NCBI GenBank assembly: GCA_964016885.1
Contig: OZ024755.1
Span: 10,664,001-10,728,000 of the forward strand
Length of the DNA: 64,000 nucleotides
Reading direction: 5' to 3'
Origin: Eledone cirrhosa
Lineage: Eukaryota
The notes beneath the pieces were generated by a model that worked only from the letters and a program-made list of their open reading frames with translations, did no database searches and was not told the origin of the DNA. The position numbers and the translations under genes are program-made. Shown piece by piece: positions 1-12,430 of this stretch; position 1 is the stretch's first letter; each line of letters opens with the position of its first letter.

Positions 1-1337
1 TTCAGTTAAGCCTGTGCGTAGTAAAACTATTCCCCCGATATGTATATGAAGCATTATACATGGACACAGAATGCCTGATAGAATCGTAAACATGCTGTCC
101 TTTCACTTGGCCAGCGTTTCTTGGGCTTATTTAAACCTGGAGAAACCTATTCATCTACAAGACAATTTCCTCCATAGTACGAAAAGGAACACAAGAAGAA
201 CGTACCCAACTACGAGACGTCTAAATTATTTATCGACCTCAAAGGAATGGAAGGCAAACCTGACCTAGCCAGGATTTAAATTAAGAGTATTAAGAACTGG
301 AACAAATACCGTGAACTATTTTATCTGACGCCCGAACGACTCTGCCAGTTTGCTGCCTATGTAACATTCTTCTATAACATTTACTGACCTCCTGAAATTA
401 TTTAAATGCTTCTCTCTTCCAATATTCTTTTCCTCTGCAATAAAAAAACAATGCCTCACAAAACTCTACATTTAAAATTAGAATTTAGATTTTAAATATT
501 GTTACTAACTATAAACATTAGACGTATGTTTTACTGAAACGAATGTCATATTGCTTCCACAATAAAAAATATAAAACTGAAATATTTTCTTATTTACCTT
601 TAAATATTAAATATGATGATAAAATGAGCGCACTCAACGTATTTCCACGAACCTCATATTAAATGTCCAAATATGGCTACTCATCTTGTATGTCAGTAAA
701 TGTAACTCCAGCTTCAATCATCAGCGACTCATGATATTGATAAATAAGCAGCAACACCCAAATTGCTGCATGCTCAGCGAATGTGGCCATTCGAGTATTA
801 TGCTATTGTTTAGAAATAAATACACATCCGGTTACAAGCGGTTTGTCTGGAATTTCGTGATGAAAAATATGTGTTTGCATTTGTAAATTGTTTGATGGGT
901 TTTGAAGAGACTTGGAATGAATAAAGCTTTTGAAGTAAACTACTTTCGACATTACTTTGCTAAAATTCATTTGTTTGTTTATTTATTTTGTTAATTATAT
1001 TTATAATTTTATACTATAGCATGTTCTATTAAGAGAGTTAATGTGGGATTATATTGTAGCAAGTGTTTAAATAATTTAATTGTATGAGTTTTGTTCAGTC
1101 TTTGTTTCATTTGCGTATCGTTGTTTTCTATGGCCAACACACTTAGCTCCCATGAAATTTAGTGATATTCCTACAGGATGAACAAAAATATAATTTACAG
1201 CTTTTGCCAATGCAAGTTTAGTTGACATCATATGAGTTTGCATGAAATTACTTGGGTGTTGTTATGATAGAGATTCTAGGCATATCTACAAGAGCTCAAT
1301 TGGGACGAAACAACAAATAATATTCCCGTCATATATA

Positions 1338-1413
1338 TAAACTTTAATCTGTTATTTTAATATATATATATATATATTAAAATAACAGATTTAAGTTTAA
1401 GCAAAGAATCGCT
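1338..1413. mobile_element. Two inverted element ends flanking a (TA)n tract (palindrome 1338-1399); same terminus as 34568-34604
   Basis: taaactttaatctgttattttaa-(TA)8-ttaaaataacagatttaagttta with 1 mismatch. The reverse complement of 1377-1413 matches agcgattctttgcttaaactttaatctgttattttaa at 34568-34604, which also abuts (TA)n. Confidence 0.6.
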
Positions 1414-1545
1414 AGTTGACCGTGTCTCTCGCCTTATTGTTCCGGACGTTAAATGAGTAAAGTATTAAAATTCGAATATGTAAAACAGTACCATATTGAA
1501 CACAAGAATTATAACCAATGAATGTTAGATTTATTGAAATTCTAC

Positions 1546-1812
1546 CATGTGATGTAATGGTTAGTGGTGGGCTTACGAAGTTCGATTCTCGAGATGGGTG
1601 GTGCGTTGTATGCTTGAGAAACATTTTTTCATATTGCATTTGAAAGGGTTTTGAAGAGACTTGTCACATAACGTCAAATTGAATCTACTTGAGAAATACG
1701 TTATGGTGCACGTGTCTATGGAATGCTCGGCAATTTACACGTTAATATCACCAGTAGGCAGTTCCGTTGATTTGTTCAACTAGAGCACTCATCGTCGGAA
1801 ACGACGGAAATC
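1546..1812 (+). mobile_element. Older SINE-like repeat (family B), diverged
   Basis: tRNA-like head (tggttagtgg...ttcgattc), then gcgttgt..cttgag and a 3' block gaatct..tgagaaatacgtta.ggt.cacgtgtct.tggaa shared with 49760-49895, 57340-57480 and 51738-51890 (minus). Boundaries approximate. Confidence 0.6.
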
Positions 1813-1872
1813 CAATAATATAGCCACAATATGGATAACTTAAGAGTTAAATAGAACTTGTGAAGACTTGTA

Positions 1873-1909
<37 letters not shown>

Positions 1910-1992
1910 TGTGTGTGTGCGTGCGTGCGTGTAGCTTGATGGCCCTTGCCAAAGATTCCGTGTACAATCTAAATAATTTGAGATTGTGTAAC

Positions 1993-2114
1993 AATTGTTT
2001 CTACTTTAGGCACAAGGCCAGCAATTACCCAGTGCATTACTGGTACTTTATTTTATCGACCCCGTAAGGATGAAAGGCAAAGTCAACCTCGGCAGGATTT
2101 GAACTCAGATCGTA
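1993..2114 (-). mobile_element. Young tRNA-derived SINE (family A), 5'-truncated
   Basis: Near-identical to the reverse complement of the 3' part of the full copy at 32443-32630. Confidence 0.9.
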
Positions 2115-2152
2115 TTGATTGCCTTTGATGTTTAAGTTCTCACACATTATGT

Positions 2153-2290
2153 CATGCCTGTCCGACGGGGAGATTTCCCACTCCCTTTCGTGTAGGTCGG
2201 AGATGTCTTCTCTTGTGAAAAATCTCATCATTTTGACTAATTTCTCCCAATATCAGGGCAGATTTTGTCATGCTACACCCCGTGGCAATT
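2153..2290 (-). mobile_element. Degenerate copy of the CAGACCTG-terminus MITE
   Basis: cgacggggagatttcccac and gagatgtcttctcttgtgaaaa match the reverse complement of 48765-48830 and 7605-7630. Confidence 0.55.
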
Positions 2291-3065
2291 CATGGATTTA
2301 GAGAGAATTGCAAATGCATTACCCAAGGGTGTAGCGTAGGAGATAAACTGAAAGAGCCAGTAACATCTTGGTGCTCGTCCTTGTGGAGGTTATGTTGATA
2401 ACATCCATTCTTGTGTTAGCAGATTTGTTAGAGCATCAATCAGAACATTAGATGCAGTTTATGTTCAAGTACTGAGGTATATACCATCGAGATTATCCTC
2501 CCTTCGAATTTCTAACTTTATGAATAAGAAACCGCTGCTTTAGCAACAGGAACATCTTGTTTACAAAAGTATCATTGGATTCGTCTCTATATTTTTTCAA
2601 AAAGCAATTTTATGTAATTCTATAGCAGTAAAATATGTGTAGCAGTAAAATATGATCGTGAAATATGTTGTTTAATATTGCCGGAGTACTTTATAGTAAC
2701 GATGGATTTATAATTAACATTATTAATCATTTGTCTCATTATCTTTCATGTATAGGATATAAGTGTGTGCGATGGGAGAGAGGTAGGGTGTTAGTTTTCG
2801 TGAATACTGCAGTACTATGCTGTAGTTCATCAAATATAGAAAACTAGTGTAGCGATGATATAACTTACGGCATTTCTTGTCCTTGTATGTATTTACACAT
2901 ATATACACACACACATACACTATTATTTACATTCACACACACACAAATATTTACATTCACACACGCACACATATACATATATGTCACAAACATAGATATA
3001 TGTCCACAAACAGATATATGTCCACACTCATATGTACATTTATATTTACATACAAACAAACACAC

Positions 3066-3108
<43 letters not shown>

Positions 3109-5136
3109 GAAATGTATACACACACGTGCAGACATATTTTGATATTTTGATAATGTCTGTGACCAAACTGACGGCAGAAATATTTTCTTAGTTTCTAGTA
3201 AAGACGGATTCGGTGAAGGCTTCTTCTAAAGATGAAGTCTGGAACTGTCAGGTTTCTTTATTCAAGCAACAAAGTTAATTTTGCTGATGGCATAAAGAAT
3301 TGTGTTGAATGTTAAACACCGTCTATTGAGACTGATTTACACAGATGGAGCTTGTGATTATTTAGTAAAGTTGTGAGTGTGGGTGAGTTGGTGAAATGAC
3401 ACAATTCATAGGACGTCAGATTAAATGTCTTAGTTCCAGTTCGTTGCTCTCTATGTTCATCCATTGCCTCGCATTCTTTCAACGTTGATAAATAAAATAT
3501 CAGTCCTATATACGGATCGATTCTTCCTCTATCATTCTTTATTACTTCCCCTCGCTCTTTCTCATGTTTTCGAAGAAATCATCTTTGCTCACACCTGGCG
3601 AGGGATGGACTCGCAAAGTGTAAAATGCGCAAGTCATAGTGTTTCAAGACCGCGACTTTATTATTCCAGCGGTAGTTGAGAAACCTTTTCTTTTTTTGTA
3701 AAGGCATTTGGCTCATGATTGTAATGCTATGAATTCCATTCCTGGTGATGCCTTGTGTTTTTCAGGAACACAATTTATTTTACTTTGCAATAGCCCAGTT
3801 TGCTGGCAAAAGATATATATTCGTTTAATTCAAAACCACAGACTTATCTCACACTGTGTCCCCATGTATACCTCTCGGAACTCCGTTGAAAGTACTCATG
3901 TCTATGAAATACTCGGCTGCGAGCACGGTAATTTCTCGAGCAAGGTGTTCCTTTGATCTCATTGGAATTGGTGGAAGACAAACACACACAAAGGTTAGGT
4001 AGATTGGTAAGCAGAGAAATACTACATACACAGTTACATAAACACACAGGGGAATAAAGCCGAGATAAAAGGAGAAACAAAATGTCTGGTGAATTATTAA
4101 AAATCTCTTGTCTTCGATGAGAATCATAGAGATGGAGTTTTGTGGAAGACCAGCAGTTGTCCATACTAACAAGTCTCTCTTCTTCATGTCATCTATCTTT
4201 TTCAGGGGATATGCAAACGCTGTCCAGTGACATCGCAGGCAAATTGAAAAAGTAAACGTCTGAAAGAGTTACCGCAAGACGTGACGGGCAGCACTCTGAC
4301 AATTCCAACAAAACCCCACCCCAAAATGTTATTTTATCATCGATCTGTCGACAGTATGAATCTGTTGACAGTATGAATAGCAAAAGTGGTTTAGCGGGAC
4401 GAGAATCATTGCACAAAGAGCCAGAGGAAACAACGCGAAGTATTCTTAAACAACGCGAAGTATTCTTACCGACGTTCTAAAGTCTGGTAATTCGGGTCCC
4501 TAGAGAGATAGGTAGACAAATAAGTAGGAGGAAAGCAGTAATATATATATATATAGGGGGCGGGGTGTGTGTATCAAAGCGGTGATTCTTTGAGGTATTC
4601 TCTTAAAGTTCCTAATCAACATCATTTTATCGGTACTATGTATATTTATACATGGGTGGGGGTGTAAGTATGTATACAGAGTGAGACAGTGATCTGCGTA
4701 GAGACATTGGTGAAAATATACATATATACATATATGTGTGTGTATGTGGGTACAATAATAAATGCACAAACGCATACACAGACAACTCACGGATATACAC
4801 ATACCTGGATAAGATAGATAAAAACGTATATATGAGATAAATGATAAAAGAAAAGCTAAAACAGATATCTAAGGAATAAATAGACAAAGTAAGATGAAAG
4901 AATAAAGAATCTAGAAAGTATTAAGGAATATTTAAAAGATAAAAGGAAAGAACGGGCGAAGGGAAGTGATGAGATTAACGTAAATAATTAGAAGCAATAA
5001 GTCAATAATGGATATAGTACCAAATGGTGAATCATTGGCAGAAAGAATATATGGAATATAGATTTAGTGACAGAAATGAAAAAAAAAAGTAGGGAAGTGA
5101 GAAATAGATATATAGAAACGGAGAATGAATGCTACT

Positions 5137-5173
<37 letters not shown>

Positions 5174-5177
<4 letters not shown>

Positions 5178-5357
5178 GTTTCTACGTTTTGCACAAGGCC
5201 TGCAATTACCCAGTGCATTACTGATACTTTATTTTATCGACCCCGTAAGGATGAAAGGCAAAGTTAACCTCGGCGGGATTTGAACTCAGAATGGCAAGGG
5301 CCGTAACTCTATGCGTCAAAGCATGGCGTCCGACTCTACCGATACTGCCAATCCACC
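5174..5357 (-). mobile_element. SINE family A, near full length
   Basis: Near-identical to 55137-55326; the 3' end abuts (TA)n. Confidence 0.9.
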
Positions 5358-5395
5358 TAGACAGACAGATATCACTATCTCTTTCTCTCACTCTT

Positions 5396-5428
<33 letters not shown>

Positions 5429-5432
<4 letters not shown>

Positions 5433-5530
5433 GTTTCTACTTTTGGCACAGGTCAGCAAATACCAGTGTATTACTGGTACTTTATTTTATCGACCCCATA
5501 AGGATGAAAGGTAAAGTTAACCTCGGCGAA
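5429..5530 (-). mobile_element. SINE family A, 5'-truncated
   Basis: 3' half of the family sequence (aattgtttctactttt...gttaacctcggcg). Confidence 0.85.
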
Positions 5531-5549
5531 TGCATATAATTTATATAAT

Positions 5550-5607
5550 TCATATATATATATATAAGTGAGAAAATGTATATATATATATATATAAATT
5601 TATAAAT

Positions 5608-5642
<35 letters not shown>

Positions 5643-5862
5643 AATTTATATATATATATATATAAATTTATAAATATATATATAAATTTATAAATATATA
5701 TATAAATTTATAAATATATATATAAATTTATAAATATATATATATATATATATATATAAGTGAGAAAATGTATGTATATATATATATAAATTTATATATA
5801 TATATATAAGTGAGAAGATGTATGTATATATATATATATATATATATATAAGTGAGAAGATG

Positions 5863-5900
<38 letters not shown>

Positions 5901-5944
5901 TGAGAAGATGTATGTATATATATATATATATAAGTGAGAAGATG

Positions 5945-5980
<36 letters not shown>

Positions 5981-5990
5981 TGAGAAGATG

Positions 5991-6028
<38 letters not shown>

Positions 6029-6038
6029 TGAGAAGATG

Positions 6039-6074
<36 letters not shown>

Positions 6075-6080
6075 TGAGAA

Positions 6081-6120
<40 letters not shown>

Positions 6121-6235
6121 TGAGAAGATGTATATATATATATATATATAAGTGAGAAAATGTATATATATATATATATAAATTTATATATATATATATA
6201 TATAAGTGAGAAAATGTATATATATATATATATAA

Positions 6236-6266
<31 letters not shown>

Positions 6267-6277
6267 AGTGAGAAAAT
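5550..6277. repeat. (TA)n array interrupted by AGTGAGAARATG and AAATTT units
   Basis: Directly visible tandem units. Confidence 0.95.
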
Positions 6278-6520
6278 TTGCTCCGAACGAATTGCCTGTG
6301 TCCGAAGTAACCTGCAGCCGTAGAATCAGCCAGATCCATACAGTGATCATGTCTCGAATTACCTGCCGGCGAAACAATTGTAACACGCAATAAACTGAGT
6401 CCAGATGCATCACTGATTTTTCGTTTTTTTAATACTATTCACACTCTGCTCTGTATGAATATTGAGTGCTGATTTTGGCATACCGCCTATGGAGGCACCA
6501 TAGCTACCATTATACCCACG
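6267..6520 (+). mobile_element. Penelope-like pseudo-LTR fragment in (TA)n, homologous to 50299-50611 (minus)
   Basis: Shared blocks: attgtaa..aataaa, gca.cactgatt.t.cgttt, actctgctctgta..a..at.gagtg and ggc.taccgc.ta.gga.gc. Flanked by TA repeats on both sides. Confidence 0.6.
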
Positions 6521-7074
6521 TATATATATATATGTATATACACATGCTCATATATACTAGCGCGAGTGTGTATGTTTTTAGGCAGGGAGAGAGAGCGACA
6601 GATGTACGGAGAGCAAGGAGGAAATAGTGAAGAGAATATCGACAGAATAAACGAAATTTCTGAATAATATTAGATTCTTTGCGTTTATTCATTATTTCTT
6701 AGTTTTACAATTCTTACGTTATACTATTTTACTTTGTATATAGAATGTGAATGGAAGATCAATGCAATATAAAGAAATAGGATAAAACATTTCTGTATCT
6801 AGCAATAAATGAACAATAATACGTTAGGGATTTGAGACGATTGAAATCCAATCATGTTTCTTGACGAAAATTTACGAACTACCATATCGTCCTGTTTAAC
6901 TATCATTCCAGAATATTAGGCTATATTCTATTTCAGGTATTTCTCGCTTCCTTCCAACAATATTGGAATAACTAATAAAGATCTATTGAGCTCTGCTCCT
7001 CCTCTAAATAACCAAATATCTAAGTGTGGTGTGTGGTGTGTGTAAGTATATATATGAGTATATTTATGTGTGTG

Positions 7075-7115
<41 letters not shown>

Positions 7116-7490
7116 GTTTACATTATGATATATATATATATATATATAAAGGTTTACATTATGATATATATATATATAGAGATATACACTTATGTTGGAA
7201 GTTCTGATCTGCTGGTAATATCATCAATGGAAAGTGTAATGAACTAATGGTTTCCTTGATCAGATCTGACGGTCAGATCATTTTCGTATGTGGTAATATC
7301 TAGCAGTGGTATTCTGTATATTCAATTTTTACATTACACCTTACAATCATGTATGTAGTCTCAGTCATACATTATTTCAATTTTCAACATTATCTTACAC
7401 TTAAATCCATGTACTCTACGTTAGCCGCAGTTTTATTTATTTTTAGTTTTATAATGCTAATTCCTAAGTATGCTCGATTAGAGTTAATAT

Positions 7491-7683
7491 CAGACCTGCC
7501 AACCTCTAAAATCCCAAACGGGAAGTACCATCAAATAAAAGTACCCCAAAACGGGGAGAAATGGTGTAAAATATGAAGATTTTACATAATGAAAGCTATA
7601 CCCATTTTCATAAGAGAAGACATCTCTCACCCTCTCCAAAGTGTGTGGGAGATCTAGTCGAACGGGGAGAGTTGACAGGTCTG
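7491..7683. mobile_element. MITE with TIRs CAGACCTGCCAAC...GTTGACAGGTCTG and 6-bp TSD TAATAT
   Basis: TIRs match at 12/13 positions; taatat at 7485-7490 and 7684-7689; a homolog lies at 48654-48852. Confidence 0.8.
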
Positions 7684-9184
7684 TAATATACAACTAAAAC
7701 AAACAATAATATAAACAAAGGGAACTATATATGTAACGGAACAATTTCATCCATCGTCCTACTGAAAACAACCTTGGGTGACTTAAGCGGAGTTCAATTT
7801 CTTGTAACTATTTAACCCATGTCTCTAGGTTGAGAATGACGTGATCAATTTGTTAACAGCTTCGCTAAATACTTCTACTCTAAAGGATTGCTATTTAAAT
7901 CAAAATATTCCAACGTGATTTTATATGAGAACCGTACGTTTGAGTAATATCTTAGCAATTACATAATTAAGAATGCTGCTAAATCCTTCGAACTACTTGA
8001 TAAATTTATTGAAATGGAGTATATTTCGTTTGAAATATCGTCACGAAAGGGTTGATATGCTATACATTTACTACATTATTTGCTCCCAACATTTGTAATG
8101 CATTAATTTAATTTATATAGATTCCATTAATATTGATACTTTTGAGACAATTTCGATGAACAACATCACGTTTACGTTTGTTTTTATTTTAAGATCATAG
8201 CTGACAAATGTGCGATTACCTTACCCTAGAGGATGATGAGGGGTGTGCTTAAAGGGTCAGTTTTCCTCGCAGAGCTTATTAATTCAATTAGAATATCTTC
8301 TCTTCCTTCCATCAGATTCGGTAGCCCTGGAAATAATCGTTGATACTGCCATCCATGCTTAGATTATGCCAATAAAAAAAGTAAAAAGCAAAGAATCTTT
8401 AAATTCCCATCTTATTATCTTTGTAAACAGATTAACTCTTTCCCGATATTATCTCTAAAGAAAGACACTCCATGCCATGGAAAATTTTAAGGGATGTTTT
8501 AAACTTATTTCATGGCAAATATCATAAATTAACATAAGAACACTTTAAATGGGAGTGGGGTTGTTTCCTAGAACCAGAATCGGTGTTGACCGGGTTGGTA
8601 TTAAAAGGGTTAAACGGAGCAGACAGGCAGCATATAAGCACGTTCTTTCAAATTAGAGAAATACTTGGTTAAAAACAAAAATTCTAAATGATCATAAAAT
8701 TAGAATAGTTTGTTGTTTTGTTCGTGACAAGGCTAAGAGCAAAATCGTATTAAAAACGAATTGCAAAATAGTTCAAAGTTGATTTGAAAAGCTTTTTAAA
8801 AGTAAATAATCATTTGAAGTAGATCGGGTATAATGGTACAAATTAGAGCCAGTATTATTGAGAAAAAGCTAGCTGAAAGGTTGATTAGAATTCCACTAAA
8901 TATTTGCCAGCGGCATTAGTAAATAAACACAGTGAATAAATATTAATTCTATTGATTCTTTCATTTTCTTATAATTTTTCCGACTGAAATCACTAACAAC
9001 AAAACATGAACAAAATATAATAATTGACAGAAATCGTTGGAATATACGTACATAAGGTTTGTGTGTATGTGTTTGTGCCATCGAAACAGTTTAAGTTGAA
9101 CAGTATTCTAACCTATGAGATATATATATACATATATATATATATATTTGTACTGCCTCTCTGTTTTTGTTCTCCTTCCAGTTT

Positions 9185-9225
<41 letters not shown>

Positions 9226-9231
<6 letters not shown>

Positions 9232-9488
9232 AGAAATGTAAGCTATCGCCGTATTTTGACTAAAGAAATTAAAGAAATTATTTAGCCTGATAGTGGAGTT
9301 AAGAACCCCCGGAGAAATGGAAGAAGATGAGTATTGACGTCAATACTCATCTTCTTCCATTTCTCCGAGGGTTCTTAACTCCACTATCAGACTAAATAAT
9401 TTCTTTAATTTCTTTAGTCAAACTACGGCGATAGCTTACATTTCTAATAATTTGAAATCAACTCGCTGTTTCGAAAATATTCTTACTT

Positions 9489-9492
<4 letters not shown>
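9226..9492 (+). mobile_element. Palindromic insertion in (TA)n: 113-bp arms, no spacer, plus ~41-nt tail
   Basis: 9226-9338 is the reverse complement of 9339-9451 (3 mismatches, centre TGACGTCA). Tail 9452-9492; (TA)n on both sides. Confidence 0.8.
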
Positions 9493-9525
<33 letters not shown>

Positions 9526-9528
<3 letters not shown>

Positions 9529-9708
9529 ATTAAATAAATGGAAACTATATTTATAAAACCATATTTATTTCGTTATATATATTTCAGGGATATCATATTA
9601 ACAATATGTTATGCCTTCTTCAGACAAAATACAATATAAACAGTCTTATAAATAAATAGATACGACATACCTTTCAATCACCTTGCATTTGGGAGGTTGA
9701 TTTGGCAG
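9526..9708 (-). mobile_element. Penelope-like pseudo-LTR fragment, same family as 25213-25659
   Basis: Highly similar to the left arm 25216-25398 and starts at the same boundary (gatattaaataaatgg) next to (TA)n. Confidence 0.8.
9566..9631 (-). ncRNA. Type I hammerhead ribozyme (minimal stem III)
   Basis: Minus strand: UAUUUUGU-CUGAAGA-AGG..CAUAUU GUU AAUAUG..CCU-GAAA-UAUAUA-UA-ACGAAAUA. Stem I is 8 bp, with G-C where the 25467 copy has G-U. Confidence 0.8.
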
Positions 9709-10384
9709 TAAAAAAAAAAAATATATATATATATATATATTTATGTATGTGTGTGTGTATATATGTATATATATATATATATTATCATTATTATTATTGT
9801 GAAGGTACATGGCTTAGTTGGGCTTGCAACCATGAAGTTGTGAGTTCGATTCTCGGTCCTAGTGCGTTGTGTCCTTGAGCAAGACACTTTATTTCACATT
9901 GCTCCAGGTCATGAATTTTATTTAACGCAGAGAAAGCTATGTTATGTAATATATTTATCGTTGTATGAAACACACTCACGAATATGTACAATATATGTCT
10001 ATGTGAGTATATTTCTGTGTGTGTGTGTGTGTGTGTGTGTGCATGAGTGCGTGTATGAACGTGTATGTGTGTATTTCTCATTGCAGATGCCTGGCGTAGT
10101 CTTCTTGCAGCTTAAGTGTCATAACTTTATACATTTTATGAAATAACTGGCAATTGATATATTATCACACATATATTGGCGTATATATTTATAAAGAAAT
10201 TGTAGATTTATGTGAGCAAATAAGATACTAAGCGACATACAGACAGGCCAACACACCAAGAGAGAAATGTTATTGTTATATATATATATATATATATTAT
10301 GTATATATATATATATACATATACACACACATATGTAGAATATATATATATATATATTCTATGTAAATATATATATATATATAT

Positions 10385-10577
10385 ATAGGAAAAAGTATGA
10401 CCACGACGGCAGAGCTCAAGCCGTTTCGACGGTTATTTCTGTCCAGAAATAGCCGTCGAAACGGCTTGAGCTCTGCCGCCGGGGTCATACTTTTTCCTAT
10501 TTCCCACTCTGCTACCCTAAGTATTGAGTACTCTGGTGCGTTATGGTCCATCTGGTTCCTTACCACAATTCCTTCGT
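10385..10577 (+). mobile_element. Palindromic hammerhead-derived element in (TA)n: 57-bp arms plus 77-nt tail
   Basis: 10385-10441 is the reverse complement of 10444-10500 (3 mismatches). The tail starts with cactc...gagta. Same family as 42460-42655. Confidence 0.85.
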
Positions 10578-10611
<34 letters not shown>

Positions 10612-10683
10612 TGTAGAATAAATATATATATATACACACACATATATGTAGAATATATATATATATATACACACACACATGTA

Positions 10684-10726
<43 letters not shown>

Positions 10727-10734
10727 TGTAGAAC

Positions 10735-10771
<37 letters not shown>

Positions 10772-10779
10772 TGTAGAAC

Positions 10780-10810
<31 letters not shown>

Positions 10811-10814
10811 TGTA

Positions 10815-10861
<47 letters not shown>

Positions 10862-10896
10862 TGTAGAATATATATATATATACACACACACATGTA

Positions 10897-10937
<41 letters not shown>

Positions 10938-10941
10938 TGTA

Positions 10942-10982
<41 letters not shown>

Positions 10983-10990
10983 TATGTAGA

Positions 10991-11056
<66 letters not shown>

Positions 11057-11070
11057 AGAATGTATATATA
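10578..11070. repeat. Compound (TA)n(CA)n array with CATGTAGAA units
   Basis: Directly visible; a similar unit lies on the left flank at about 10320-10345. Confidence 0.95.
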
Positions 11071-11720
11071 ATCCAGCTGCTTCTGGATAGGAAATGCATT
11101 GTCATACCTTGAATCGACAACCGTGTGTATAGATGTAAAGTCACTTTATCATTATATCAGTATATACACACACGTGTATATATATATATATGCGTGTGTG
11201 TGTGAATGTAAATATATACATAGGGTGTCACTCCAAATGTATACACACTTTTATTTAAATGCTGTATGCAAGTGTGTATACATTTTGTGCGACACCCTGT
11301 ATAAATACATTCTAGATACCAGATGAGAGAGAGAAAAAGATAGATAGGACGATACAATCACCTTTATCTTCATTTCGCATAGACTGCCACTTAGCACGAT
11401 TAATTTTTTCCATGTGTATGCGTGTACACACACACATTTATTTATCTATCTATATATATATATATATATGTAACTTCAGATATTCATTTCTTATCTTCCT
11501 GATGTCTTGCGGTGGAAAGATACATATATCATATTTATGAGGAAAAAGAATTTCCACGGTGAAAAGAGATACGGCGAGGGGAGATAATTAATAATAAAAG
11601 TACAAGATACAAACTATACAAAGAAATTCATATATATGCTTATTTGCGTATATATATCAAATAAATGAAATATATATATATATAATACATACTAAATAAA
11701 TGAAATATATATGTGTGTGT

Positions 11721-11823
11721 GTATCCCGGGTTCAATCGGGGATAACCACAGTAAGTAAGGTACTCAATACATAGCAGAGTATAAATATTTAACACAGGAA
11801 TTAGACTCTTTCATTCGAAGGAA
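11721..11823 (-). mobile_element. Penelope-like tail fragment, same family as 29030-29150
   Basis: The reverse complement actctgctatgtattgagtaccttacttactgtggttatccccgattgaacccggg matches actctactatattgcgtaccttactaactgtggttaaccctgattgaacccggc at 29093-29146. Confidence 0.7.
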
Positions 11824-12350
11824 GGGGGGGGGGGGGGGGGCAATAAATATATTGCCAAGAACCAATCAGAATGTATTTTTCTTGAAACAGGATTTATATG
11901 ACGACCAATAATTTGCTACGTTCCGGTTTTGGCAAAAATGTGTAGTGTGTTGGAGCTTAATCCCTACGTTTGCTCTATATGATCAACAGCTTAAACAGAA
12001 CCAACTGATTCTTCCCTGCTACTATTAATGGTGTCACAGCTAAGTTCAACAGAGAACGCCAGAAAACTACAGACAAAAATGTGAACTTTTCTCCATATGT
12101 ATGTAAAAAAATGTTTTTCCCATATTTTATTGATATGCAATTTAATTGCATTATACACTTCCGTCGCATGAAGAAGCCAATAAGCTGAAACCGTTACAAA
12201 TCATGCTGAAATTCTTATTTTGTAATGTATTGCTGTTATTCTGAGAGAAAATCCCTTCTGCATTTTCTACTGTTTTTTTTTACTATTATATCAACTCGTG
12301 TGTTACTTCTCTACACTTTATATATATATATATATAATATATATATATTA

Positions 12351-12430
12351 TTTAATTTTGTCTGACGAACGAGCTGGACGTTTATGTAAGAATCGTCTAG
12401 TTTCTCGAAACCTTCGGTAATGGTATAATT
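12351..12430 (+). ncRNA. Probable type I hammerhead ribozyme, slightly degenerate
   Basis: UUUUGU-CUGACGA-AC-GAGCUGGACG..CGUCUAGUUU-CUC-GAAA-CC UUC GG-UA-AUGG. Long stem II, short stem III and a GUA triplet; stem I is weak and the base of stem II is imperfect. Adjacent to (TA)n. Confidence 0.55.

Noticed and set aside
4198-4258. Possible short exon (ttttcag...gtaaac)
   Set aside because: Only splice-like dinucleotides; no homology or neighbouring exons to support it.
5550-6277. CRISPR-like repeat/spacer appearance (also 33952-34428 and 34920-36170)
   Set aside because: The spacers are just variable-length (TA)n/(CA)n, not unique sequences; eukaryotic context and no cas genes.
11490-11590. 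Imperfect inverted repeat between TA tracts (ttatcttcc..gtggaaa / tttccac..ggagataa) as another hammerhead element
   Set aside because: The core reads CTGATGT and no valid stem III or tail hairpin is present; too degenerate to call.
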